This document shows, one piece after another, positions 46,701 to 56,148 of a stretch of 64,000 nt of DNA. The stretch lies in contig LSRY02000006.1 in the NCBI GenBank assembly GCA_001643675.2, forward strand, positions 1,798,001 to 1,862,000, written 5' to 3'. The notes below the pieces were generated by a model, which worked only from the letters and a program-made list of their open reading frames with translations, did not search any database and was not told the origin of the DNA. Origin of the DNA: Monocercomonoides exilis PA203. Lineage: Eukaryota; Protista; Preaxostyla. The translations under genes and the position numbers were made by a program. Numbering within the stretch: the stretch's first letter is position 1; every line of letters starts with the position of its first letter.

Positions 46701-48594
46701 GCTCCCTCAGCCCATCATCCACAATCTTCATATCCATCAGCTTCGCCTCGCCCCCACTGATCACAACAAGCGCACTTTCTGCCTCTCCAAGCTCTGCTCG
46801 TATCACTGTCGCCTCTTTCCCTTCTCCTCTCCCTGTGACATTTCCTCCTCTGACTTCAACCTCCCCTGACACAAACTCCCCTTCCTTGATCCTCATTTCC
46901 ATCGACTCCTCTGCTGCTCGTTTCACCCCTTGCTTCACGGTCAGGCAGTTGAACGAGTCTTGCTCACTCTTCCCACACCCATCCCAATCAAACCCATTCG
47001 CTGCAACAACTATCACAGAAAGCGTGTTCAGAGGGTCTTTCAGATATTCCTTTGTTTCTTCAGGATCCTTCCATTCAAACACTGTTCGTGGCTGTTCGCT
47101 CAGAGAATAGCACTCACTCATCGTCAATGTTAGCTTTCCATTCCAGCTACCATTCACATGAATATCGTTTCCTTGTGTTCCTGCACTGTTATTAATAAAC
47201 AAACAATATTGAATCTTTGCAGTAACACTGAGTTTCTGTGAATGATCAAAACGAATTGCACCTGCGAATGTGTTCGCCCTATTTGATCGAAAGTGGCATG
47301 ATAAAAGTGAGAAATTGTTTTTCATTTTATAAATATTTAAGGCGCCTGAGAAAATTGTCGTTGCCTGGTTGTTTAAAAAATCACACTCATTCAGTTCGCA
47401 TGTGTCATGATTATATAACTCTCCGGCACCAAGACCGTACGATTCACATTTAATAAATTTGCACTTATTCATTATCAGGCTATTTGTTCCTCTCGAGTCG
47501 AATGCTCCCGAATCTTCAAATGCACTGCAAAAATGGAATGTGGTATTTTCGGATGTCCAAGTGCCGGTTCCCTCATTTCGCACTGCAGCTGCTCTTGAAG
47601 AAGATCCCGTTAATCGACAACTCTCGAACAAGCAGTTCTTCAATGTTAGCGTTGCGTTTCCTGAAAGAAATATTGCTCCCCCTGAAATTTCGCTCGAGCT
47701 TTGAAACGAAAACATTGTATCCTCAAACAGCTTTTCTTCTGTATCGAATGTGTGCCTCTTTGTATCCGCAGTGCACTCCATGAATGAGGAGTTGAAACAG
47801 GACAGCGGACTGGAAGCACCATCAACAACACACCCCATGAAAGGATTCTGCACTTGTCTACAGTTCATCGAATCTATTGTGCAGTCCTTGTCTGGTCTGC
47901 CAGCTGTTCCACTCTCCACTGGCCTTTGAGGAATATGCATCTGAGTCATGTTGACGAATTCGCATTGGCGCACAGCAACTGAAGTGGAAGGCGACGAAGG
48001 CAAAAACGAACCGTGACATTGCACCAAGTCCCTGAAATCGCTTGAAGAAACACTCACTCTGCCTGGTTTTGACAGAATGTGTTTCGACTCTGACAGGCTC
48101 ACAAGGTTCGCCATCCTTCCACTTCCCAAAGGCAATTGGAGCGAAATGTTGAAAAGCACACTCTCTCCGCTTTCCATCCTAAATGGACTCTCTGCCCCCT
48201 CCTGTGCAATCTCCACCCTGCAGCTCCACAACTTCAGGGCCGAGCTGCTCTGGATGTCAATCAAGCTCTTTCCACGTGTTTGTTGAAGAACAGCCTTTTG
48301 AATCGTCATCGATGTGTTGGATATCACAGCCCAAGTGGAAATCCAGCTCCCTTCGTTGGCCCTTTGCTTTTCACTGAACTCGCTTTTTGCTCTGCTTCTG
48401 CGGCCTTCCAAGCTGCCTCTTGAGACTGCAATTCCTGATGTTTCTTCTCTGCCATTTCTTTTTTCACTTCCAATGTCTGTCTCAGCAAAGCTCTTCCAGG
48501 GTTGGCTTGTTGCACCTGATCCCAAACAAACGAACACCAGCAGCAAAACTCTCATGAGATGCTGAACGTTGCAACGGGAAATGGCAGAACTCAT
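40798..48594 (-). CDS. Giant type I membrane receptor-like pseudokinase (~2590 aa, intronless)
   Basis: Signal-like MRVLLLVFVCLGSGA; repeated GGA/G(I/V)...F..N.A..GRD(V)FV.C and G.D...CG...PC modules (beta-helix/Pmp-like); TM WVLIVCVVIVAILLIALIISII followed by RWRKQKRR; kinase C-lobe RWKAPELL...FSIGMMLWECLTLEIPF...RPT. Confidence 0.85.
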   Translation of the reverse strand: MSSAISRCNVQHLMRVLLLVFVCLGSGATSQPWKSFAETDIGSEKRNGREETSGIAVSRGSLEGRRSRAKSEFSEKQRANEGSWISTWAVISNTSMTIQKAVLQQTRGKSLIDIQSSSALKLWSCRVEIAQEGAESPFRMESGESVLFNISLQLPLGSGRMANLVSLSESKHILSKPGRVSVSSSDFRDLVQCHGSFLPSSPSTSVAVRQCEFVNMTQMHIPQRPVESGTAGRPDKDCTIDSMNCRQVQNPFMGCVVDGASSPLSCFNSSFMECTADTKRHTFDTEEKLFEDTMFSFQSSSEISGGAIFLSGNATLTLKNCLFESCRLTGSSSRAAAVRNEGTGTWTSENTTFHFCSAFEDSGAFDSRGTNSLIMNKCKFIKCESYGLGAGELYNHDTCELNECDFLNNQATTIFSGALNIYKMKNNFSLLSCHFRSNRANTFAGAIRFDHSQKLSVTAKIQYCLFINNSAGTQGNDIHVNGSWNGKLTLTMSECYSLSEQPRTVFEWKDPEETKEYLKDPLNTLSVIVVAANGFDWDGCGKSEQDSFNCLTVKQGVKRAAEESMEMRIKEGEFVSGEVEVRGGNVTGRGEGKEATVIRAELGEAESALVVISGGEAKLMDMKIVDDGLREHNRVGCLFLVSDGESSLELSGCILAGKDSQGLEPFSKARLCAIGGGITLKMCDVSGFGMGDASFVEAGSTFESVNTTYSSVTRAVGHGTVVGSRVGEGRSVVFENCTVEGCSCESAEGRGGGVLAEIAGRGSFQIKSSEVKGCLVEETGGRGGGVFIGVDESSTNNFSVGNVTVGGNQARWGRDVFVLCGDLNVSVSSERVFEIENAEGLGVDLAGTDSGLFSENAVDLGYFLEQRYSEVIEISEDGVDVVGCGDGVYPCESFWRGYENVKRGGERKGLKIRDKARICDWYDLSGFTVEGVKEEGRSEITLSREMTIGEGIKSIVWNNGEAGFSRMEFRMPPSFSVPVRCAIESSGSEGGKLTLADCSFGCVGGGGLTYALVVVGGGMMEMEKCMITDMRFERQPFEFCGSSEIRLLEDEFVNVELKGHALFGLKAEEGGDENGRGNSAGTIVKMNGTQFRGVVLEGTNEACIVSSRVGLNVVVVADGCLFEGVRSELSSEGGAIGMVLGEGGMLEVVGVETKAKGCVCEAVERGKGGFVCVELQGEGSGVLFEEMEFEGNDAWVGRDMFVKCADLTEVVNETSFGFAKEIGEDERKNSLVGVDGVHFGDGEDLFVFITGYYGEVVYVDGKEGVNNIGCGKEIFRCSTFEYGVERVRGEGMRRIVVGEMCWTERETTLKMVGVESDREDKMSVMEVEEVVEKEKGMVFAAEGASFLRVNFSLPGRLANGQRALIGVCGEGAWVEVRECVFSGKKDCVVGFHLMAGEDGDVGIVKCEVCDVVTESALFVFDESGKEGNGRRMELEGCRVRNVRNRKDEASVVSSSVSEGVFVGIGNSTIELCLGGSRSCGGGVCVAVAVDGRFEMNDTVVEGCEAVEGKGGGVYLRSTVEEREALGFVLGNVEFGKNKALVGRDVYVRCWEIESQISERQFVLDLREPRYDRENAIWGGEGEKEEDLIPLIVVYRSELIFVCGADGEGSDSKPCGNSTLPCRSLDYGLSHVLASSYSQVLIDREAGLRKDCQICSVTVKSLHGSEGAKVVFLEEVEQEPLAEGVVECSEEVWLENMGMVFRGGFRSAHECVVVELNGSCTISRGVFSSEGEGIVVEHTLVRVVSGRFEMRESRVEGICGRKALMRFEESSVVGVVGFEARELDVGESVMWICTGAKVTVKEMECCDVVCGGCSVVSVGDGDDGEDDEGRGRGIKEGGSVKVAHSSVRNIRRSTEGACAVEARLEGVEMVVANCSFGNNTTPGRKGQIMSVEGSGEMVVEGSLFEGKGGKDKESLGNAQGDEMCRWNGSLVELVGGKGVVRDTTVRDGAEGGMGMVGGSVVVEKGVFEGNRPLAGMEKYPSYRRNILCSGMGEVDVVSVKGGDGMGARSSMWMLNEGCNVKGITEDRGSSFFIPTLREVRVEESSEAENVSEARVRFVGSLLIPCNLSFRVVVVVEDVEQIECFEFEEAGHVSEDEAVGKIPLSVVSGASAQTEVKVCILFGNAESPSSTESFIVKNKSEPKVDGEDRIVEGGKEGKFTWVLIVCVVIVAILLIALIISIIRWRKQKRRAEELEVIVEDTVKKDPKLIEMVTMEMSPEEQWRRGEKEVEKKNEERIKKRVYEKSLGHSESSEHLLSESGSTEYILGQDSDKIPKWMLEKVDEKEEEEEVRKRSPSPSISSTSTTDTSDTESTFVRGEDMCPTTSSMSNLVDAMACSSPHEKLIVDLRDSLFMLLHGRNEKKEMAIGSLQQREQTAAQILFWVANGSLHSFNEMEVPLQSLDNLSPHIVLFSEHMVITIAMHPDCSSDSDTSSSISSTTVVTSASDDDDDSLPSSAFEDCEDNRKECLRWKAPELLINKNMGATKESVAFSIGMMLWECLTLEIPFGEYEAEVAGQKIVNGERPRKDVKSTGSLSTVVGQCLSAVPEQRPTLAGLKREFIQRFPAGGLVMTASDAVDVEEDTNGTNNGSGNGSWSLMSER

Positions 48595-48598
48595 CACA

Positions 48599-51307
48599 AT
48601 GCAACCATTATTTACTCTTTCAGATCAACAAAATTATCTCAACTTTTTCGTTTGAAATGTTGCTTTGATCTCGATTTTCTTTTTCTTTCTTTTTTTTTTT
48701 TTCAATTTTGCATTTCGTCAGTTTATTTTCATTTTTGGTATTTGTGATGCTCTTCTTGCTCGGTTTGTCCTTTTTGTCTGGAAATACCATTCTCACTTTT
48801 TCATTCATTCATTCTTTCTTTGGTGTTTTATTCAAAAATAAAATTTCAATTCAATCGTCCAACAAGATAATTGTCAGCATATTGCATAGAAACCTGTTCA
48901 CCACTCATGGAAGCCTCATGCTTGAAAGCAGCCCTGATTTTGAGAAATTTAACAAATATTGTATTTTTACCAAGCTTATTCCTCGTTCTCATCTTCCTGT
49001 GCTGTCAAAAGTTGTTCATACGATGAATCAATGTGGTAATGATTATTCCAAAAAGTTGTGGAAATTTTCAATGAGAAGCGAATCATTCTGTTGGTTTCAG
49101 TGGGTATTTTGAGTTCAAATCACAAAATCATCTTTTCTCGGCCAACAAGCCCCGCAAGCAGCAAAAGCACCTCGACAACTCTCATGCACGGTGATGCAAA
49201 ACAAAAAGCGGATGTGTTGTGCGCTTTGTTAGAAACATCAAAACCGAGCGAAGAAATGAAAAAAGCGATGATCGGACCTGCCATATTTATCAGCTCGAAA
49301 ACGTGTATTTTTGTTTTTCTGATGCGTTGAGCAGAGACAGCATGGAGGGCAATCGCACACATGATGAGGTATGGCAGGCACTCTGTTGTTGTGGATTTCT
49401 TGTTTTCTGCTGTGCGGTGGACATTGCTATATTTTTATTTGCAGATCTTATTGGCGCAGCGTTTCGACGAGCGGGATGAGTTGCAGGGCAGGAACAGTTT
49501 GAGCATCAGCACCGCAAATCCGAAAAAAAGCGATGTGTCTGAGGCTGTTCATGGCTCGTTGTTTGGCAGAGCGTCTTCGCAGTTTGCTTTGTCTTTGCCA
49601 ATCTTTGCAGCGGAATCGGGGGCTTCATCGTCGCTTGCAATGAGTGCAGCGCAAATGCTGCATCTGAGGAGCGGGCAGATGAAAAGTGTGCTGGAGCAGC
49701 CGACTTCGTCTTTTCGTTCGTCCAACTGGTTTTCGTTTGTGGAAAGTGCCCCGAGCTCTTCAGAGCCACATTTCGTTTCATCGTCTGTGGGCACACAGCT
49801 GCCTGTGTGTCTCGATCTGGGACATTCTTCAAAGGCGCAGAAGGAGGAACCCCCGTCTGACTCTGCGGAGCCCAAAGAAGAGCAAGAGAGAGATTCGTGG
49901 ATGCCTGCAGATGGGCTGGGGCCAGAGGGGCTGGCAAGACCCCTGGCAAAGATACTCGGGTGGGGCGACAGCTTCGTGAAGAACAAGAGGGAGGTGCTGG
50001 TGAGCCTTTGGCGGAGCTACGACAGCGAGGTGCAGCGGAGGGCAGGGAGCATTTCAGAGGTTGCGCTGTTGGCAGGGGTGAAAGGGGGCGCTGGCTCAGG
50101 CACAGAAGAGGCAGGGGTGGATGAGGCGCTGAGGGAGGAGGCAGAAAAGGCGCAGAGGCTGCGGGAGAAGACGATCCGGGTGGAGATCAAAGAGGCAAGG
50201 ATCTTCCACAAGATGTTTGGGGTGTGGGTGGGGAAAGACTGGGTTGTGGACGAGGCAGAGCGGGTGATGTGGGAGGCGGCAGAAGAGGCAGCAGTGGGCA
50301 GGGCAGGCGATGGAGCTGTGAATGGGCCGGGATTGAGTGAGGGAATTGGTGCAGCAGCACAGGAATGCTGGGGAGGAGGCGAATGCGGAGAAGGCTGGGG
50401 AGGGCAGGGGGAGCTGCAGGAGAAGGCGAACTTCTATGAGCTGTATCCGAAGGTGAAGAAGCAGATGAAGAAAATCAAGATGGAGACGCTGGACCAGCTG
50501 ATGGAGCAGGTGGAGCTGCACCCTCGGCGCGGATGCCCAGCGCTGGCAGAATTGCATGTTCGCTCGAGACCGCATGGCGCAGGCAAGACAGCTGGCTGTG
50601 CTTCTGCAGGGGTTTGGAGGGAGCTTGAAGGGAAGTCTCGTGAAGGTGGAAGTGAGTGGTCAGGCTGTCTGTCTGGTGCAGAGGCAGACAAGGGAAAGTT
50701 CAGCTTTGCAGACTTTGCTTGCACTGCGCAGGCTCAGCTGGGCTGCTGGGAAATGGAAGACAAACTGTGCACAGCCAGCCATCTCCAGCCGGCTCTTGCT
50801 GGGGAGGCACTTTTTGATGCAGTGTTTGCAGCACCACCAGAATGGGAGGGATGCTGGCGAGTTGTTCGAGAAAGTACCAATGCAGAAGTTGAGCCCAACG
50901 ATTCTGCGATTCCCTGTAACGTTGTGCTGGATGAAAATAGAGCGAGCTTGCTGGTGCAGCAGGTCGTGCAGGTTGTTGTGCCTCTTGTTCCTGCAGGTCT
51001 GTTTGCAGGAGGGAAGCTGCCTTCTTCGCTGTCTGGCTCTGAGGCAGCAGCGCTTGTGTGCGAAAAGGGCAGAAGAGCCAAGCGTGAAACGCTGCGAGCA
51101 CAGATGGGGAAGCGGAGGTGCTGGGTGTTCCGACCGACACCGCTGCAGCAGAGGTACCTGTGGGTGTTCGACAGGATGCCGATCAACTTCAAGAAAAGGG
51201 TGAAGAACTGGATCCACGGGAAGGGGAACAGAGATGCAGACATCTCCCAGATGCCCCGCTATCTGAGGGTTGCGCGTGCTGAGGCGCTTCCTGCTCTGAA
51301 GCCCTGA
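48599..51307 (+). CDS. Hypothetical multi-exon protein (main exon ~49445-51307)
   Basis: 648-aa GC-rich ORF whose first part looks intronic (GTATGG...GCAG ending 49444); short upstream exon-like segments; no recognisable domain; start speculative. Confidence 0.55.
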
Positions 51308-51581
51308 GCAAAGCACACATGCGTAATTTTCGACAAAAGGAAGAATGTTTTGAATGTTCTTTCTCTATTTCCCATTTTTGAATAATTTGTTTTTTATTTT
51401 ATTTTATTTTATTTATTTTATTTGAAAGAAAATTTTAGTTTTAAAAAACTAAATTAAAAAATAAAAACAAATCTCTTTTTGAGAAAAAATACAAAAAAAA
51501 TTAATCAATTAAATAAAATGTCTATCAAATTATAAATTAGTTCTGTGTTATTCTTCAGCAATATAAACCCAGAATGGATCC

Positions 51582-52001
51582 TTACCAAATATTCACACAT
51601 AAATCTCCAGCACCTGGATTATTATTATCTCCCAAATAAAGAGAATAATCGGCTAATGGACACGGGGTTGAAGCCTGCTTGTATTTTATTGTGAACTCCA
51701 CTGGTCCAACAGGAATTGGGGTTGAAACATTTGCTACATCAGAATACTTCAGCATGTCCACCTTCATTGCTCCAGAACCGCAAAAAACGGAATCTTTGAG
51801 TTGTTTAAATGCAAATGTTCCGTCTTGAATAGTCGCAGTTGCATTCAAGGTTATTTTAAGCGTTGTATATTTGTTGTTAAAATTTGGAGGATATGGATTT
51901 GATGTAACTTTTACGAGACGAAGCTTGTTCATTCCACTTCCGCATTCGTTATAATGTATACCAGAAATAGAAGTTAACAGCAAAAACAAAAAACTTAACA
52001 T
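51582..52001 (-). CDS. Secreted ML-domain (MD-2/NPC2-like) lipid-binding protein
   Basis: Signal peptide, then ECG...V.V.SNPYPP, beta-rich body, PIPVGP, terminal LCVNI; 139 aa. Confidence 0.7.
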   Translation of the reverse strand: MLSFLFLLLTSISGIHYNECGSGMNKLRLVKVTSNPYPPNFNNKYTTLKITLNATATIQDGTFAFKQLKDSVFCGSGAMKVDMLKYSDVANVSTPIPVGPVEFTIKYKQASTPCPLADYSLYLGDNNNPGAGDLCVNIW

Positions 52002-52785
52002 TTTTCACAAAATATGTGATCATGTCTAATAATTATATCTTAATGAAAATATTTGATTTTTGTTGATTAAATATCTAGCAAATCGATCGACAAAAAAATT
52101 TGTTTGATAATTTCAATTATCAATTTGCAAGATTTCTGGATTTTAGCAATTCACAAGTTATTTTCATCTATTTTGATATTACAAACAACAAAACCAAAGT
52201 GAAATTGCAGAAATCACGGAAAAGGATTTGATTTTAAAAAAATCACGCTTTTGGCGGAGCATCAAATTCTTTCAATAATTCTTAAACTTATATTTCTTTG
52301 ACTTTTTCAACAATATGCATTATTATCGCAAACTCAACAATAACAGTTGTTGTTTTTCAACAAAATATTTTTCAATAAAACAAAAGAATGTGCAGTCCAA
52401 TAATTTGAATTGCACAGATTGAGCCCATTCTCACCAAAACTTTCGAACAATTGACGAACATTAACCAATAATCCAAACAATGAAATTTTAGACATGGGAC
52501 GAAATTTTTCGCTTTCAGAATTTTGTTCCACACAGTGCTTTCAAAGATTTTTTTCGATTTTTTATATTTTTATATTTTATATTGCAAGAAAATGTCAGAA
52601 TAATTATCATACGATTGAAGAAAAAGTCTGGAACAAATCTTTGTTTTTTTCATAAAACCATAAATAATGTCCCACATCTAAAAGACAAAAATGGAAGTGC
52701 GTTGTTTCATAGAAATCAAAAGGAGGAAATGAAGATGTGACATTAAAAAAACCATAAAATAATTATTGAATTTGAAGAATTTTAT

Positions 52786-54054
52786 TCACTCTGCTTCCTC
52801 TTCTGTGCCTTCCTCTTCTTCTCCTTCTTTTTCTGGTTTTATTTCTTCCGGAGGAACATAAAGTTCTCCTTCAAGAACCTCAATATCATGATCAGATGCA
52901 ATTGACTTTTCACATAAATGGACATAAAAAGTGTAATTAAATATTTTATTTTTCATACAAAAAGTTAAAAGAAATTCATTGAATGGAAATAAAAATTCTC
53001 AAAAGCATAATTTAAATGAATATGCAAACATCTTGTGTGGCCACTGAGAAACCTGAAGGAATAAACTGACGTAATGTTATTTTTTCCACCTTTTTCATTG
53101 TCGGCTCTCTTTCTTCTTCTTCTTCTTCCTCACCACCTTCTTCAGCTGTTAACTTTTTCTCTTCTTCAACCTTAAAAAAATTTTTTAATTATCAATATAA
53201 TCATTCAACAGTCATTTAAATGCAAAATATAAACACGTTAAGTTGAAAATGATATCAAACAGGGACTTCTATGATTTTTGTTTCTTCTTTGAATGAACCT
53301 GAAACAACATTTTGGTTAACCATGACATATTTCCCCTCAATGTTCGGCCGTTGCTTTTCAAATTTCCCACAGTAGTATGAACCATCCTTAATCTCCCAAA
53401 TTCCTCGTATTATTTGTCCAACTTTCCAAATCCCAATATACTTTAAATTAATTATTTACAAAAAGATGTTAAAAATTAAGCACATTATAAAATTCTGGCA
53501 AACTTTGCTGTTTTCAGATTTAATCGTAAAAACACCCTTTCCATGTTTCTTACCATTTTCCCATTCACCTTCATAAGAGTCTCCATTGGGATAAGTATAT
53601 TTTCCTTGGCCATGCCTTTTTCCTTCATGAAAATAACCTATCAGATATGAAAATCACAATGTAATCATCACAATAAATAAATTTTAGACCATCATAAATT
53701 GATCCATCTGGATATTTCATAACTCCGTATCCTTCTTTTTTGTGTGAAGCATACGTACCAGCATATTTTGCAGTTGGTTCCTTCCAGAAATACTTTCCTG
53801 GCCCTTCTCTCTTCCCCTTGACATATTCACCCTTAAATATATCTCCATTTGGAAATCTATTTATTCCAAATCCCTGTCGTTCTTTGAAGAAACATAAGCA
53901 AATGCAAAAATACAAAGAAATAATATTTAGGCAAATACACATCCATAAATAAACTTTCAAAAGTTAAACCTCCTGTGCTTTCGTCTCTTCCACCTTCATA
54001 TATTCCTAACTTTTTTTGAGGGTTAACTTCTTCTTGTTCTTCCTCTTCTGCCAT
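52786..54054 (-). CDS. RSPH1: MORN-repeat radial spoke head protein (RSPH1-like), multi-exon
   Basis: Acidic N-terminus, LGIYEGGRDE, ERQGFG..FPNGD.FKGEY..GKREGPG, YPDGSIY, GKRHGQGKYTYPNGDSYEGEWENGKKHGKG; acidic C-tail; several GT-AG introns. Confidence 0.75.
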
Positions 54055-54277
54055 TTTAAATCAATGTCTAACAATTAAAAATATAAAGAATGGTCGAAGA
54101 ATAAATATTTGATATTTTAATAAAAGAAACATGAGATATGTTTTATCATAAAAAATTTTTTTGAGAAAAATGATGTTCAAAAACTGAAAGAAATAAATTA
54201 TTAGGCGTGATCATTTTTTATTTGATTTCTTAAAGTTTGCCTTTGCAAATTGGAAAAAAAGAGAGAATAATTTTAAA

Positions 54278-55798
54278 ATGATTGGTGAATATGAAAAGTG
54301 GCCCTCTTCTGAATTTGTTTCAGAAAAAGAAAGACAACATTTTTCTCATTTTTTTGGAAAAATTGATTCATTTATTGAAAATTATGACAAAAGGTTTTTT
54401 GAAGACTTGAACATTTTTCTTTGTATACATTAATTTATTTGCTCGATAATTAAAAGATATTCTTCTTTAAGAAATTCAATGATTTATGCGTATCAAAAGA
54501 ATCCAAGAATTTTCTTGACATGCTCCGCATGTCGTGCTCTTTCAAAAGAATCATTCACCACTGTGTACAGGTTTTATTTGTTTATGCTGTTGCATCTTTA
54601 TAAGTATTTGAATAGAATTCATCGTTTTCTCGATGAAAAAGGTATTATAAACTCATCACTTTCAGATGAAGAAGAGTTAATTCGTTCAAAACACTCAAAA
54701 CCTAAAATTCAGCAAATTTCATCTGTTGGATGCAAAAAGAATTTTGAAGAAGTGAATGCTATATCTGATGAATCTGATGGTTCAATTAAAGCAACAAATA
54801 GTTCCATCTGTTCCACAACAGTATTTTCAAATATTCATCTTGAATCAAAAGAAATATATTTAAATTTAAAGAAAGTGTGACTATTTATTTTTTTGCTTTT
54901 CATTTAGACTATTTTCATAAATAACGAATAGAGACTTGATGAAATTATTACTGATGAATCCGACTGTAACATTTATTTTTCATTATCGAAGGAGTTTAAC
55001 ATTCCAGCACCAATTTGCGCAGCAATATTAGTACAAAGAATTATTGAACAAAATTATATATATTTTCGGCAGTCAAAGAATGTAACACAATTAAATGAAG
55101 AAATGAAAATGTCCAAGTTTGAAAAAGATTCGAATGCATCAGATATTTATCCAAAGGGAGAGAAAAGAAAGAAAATAGAAGAACGCACAATTGATGAGAC
55201 TAATTTATCTGATAAAAAATCTGCAGAACAACAAATATCATTTAGGGTGATTATGAATATTCTTCCATTAACGCAGCATTTTCTTTTATATCCTCCTCGC
55301 ATTGTTTTTGTTTTAATTCATTCAGTCGTCCGTATGCTAATTGTTTAAATGCGAGTTAATATATTTCCACTGATTTTATTAATATCCTTTTCAGAATTAC
55401 TCCTTAATATCCAACCAAACATCACAGTTACCAAAATCAGTGAGCTGATTAATTCTATCCTGATTGTGTTCTCATTTTCCATCTCAACAACTTCCATCGC
55501 AGATGGGCCTCTCATTGAAAGTCATGAAATGATTTCAGCTGATGAGTTTGGTATTATTAAGCACGATATCCAGAGAACAAAGCTTGTGAACTATCAATGG
55601 GAACAGCTTTTTTTGTATTCTGACTGTTTGAGAAAGCTGGCATTAAAAAGAGAACTTTTATTAAGAATGATTCAAAAGCTTCAGCAAGAACATTATCAAT
55701 TGACAGAGAAAAAGAAAGAATTGGATAAGAAATGTGCTCCACCTGAAGTGTTGTTTGAACAATGTAGCAAAAAGAATGAACAAAAGGAAGAAGTTTGA
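54278..55798 (+). CDS. SWIRM-domain protein (SWI3/SMARCC-like) with C-terminal coiled coil, multi-exon
   Basis: VSEKERQHFSHFF...YSSLRNSMIYAYQKNPRIFLTCSACR...RIHRFLDEKGIIN is the SWIRM signature once introns are removed. Confidence 0.75.
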
Positions 55799-56148
55799 AA
55801 GGATTACGAATGCTTCACAAATATTCACAACAATCTCAAAATATTGAAACAATAGTTGCTTACGATGTCCTTCAGGAGATAAGTCTGCTTATCGACCCAA
55901 TACATCCATAAATATGGAAGCAATCAACAGAGAATTTAAATCGAAGATGAAGATAGCATAGAAAGAGGATTTTATTTTCAGGAAAGTTGAAACTATTTAT
56001 TTTGAACGTTCCTTAACGAGCATGCATCAATTATTTATCTTATTTTGGTTGAATAAGAATATAAAAAAGAAAAAATTTAGATCAAAGAATACCTTAATTT
56101 ATAAAGTGCTATTTTCTTTTTTCTAAAAGGCTATCTCTTCAAGATCAC

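Noticed and set aside
41630-47110. Long plus-strand ORFs (696, 285, 485 aa)
   Set aside because: Antisense shadows of the G-rich receptor gene; Ser/Pro/Thr-rich with no domains.
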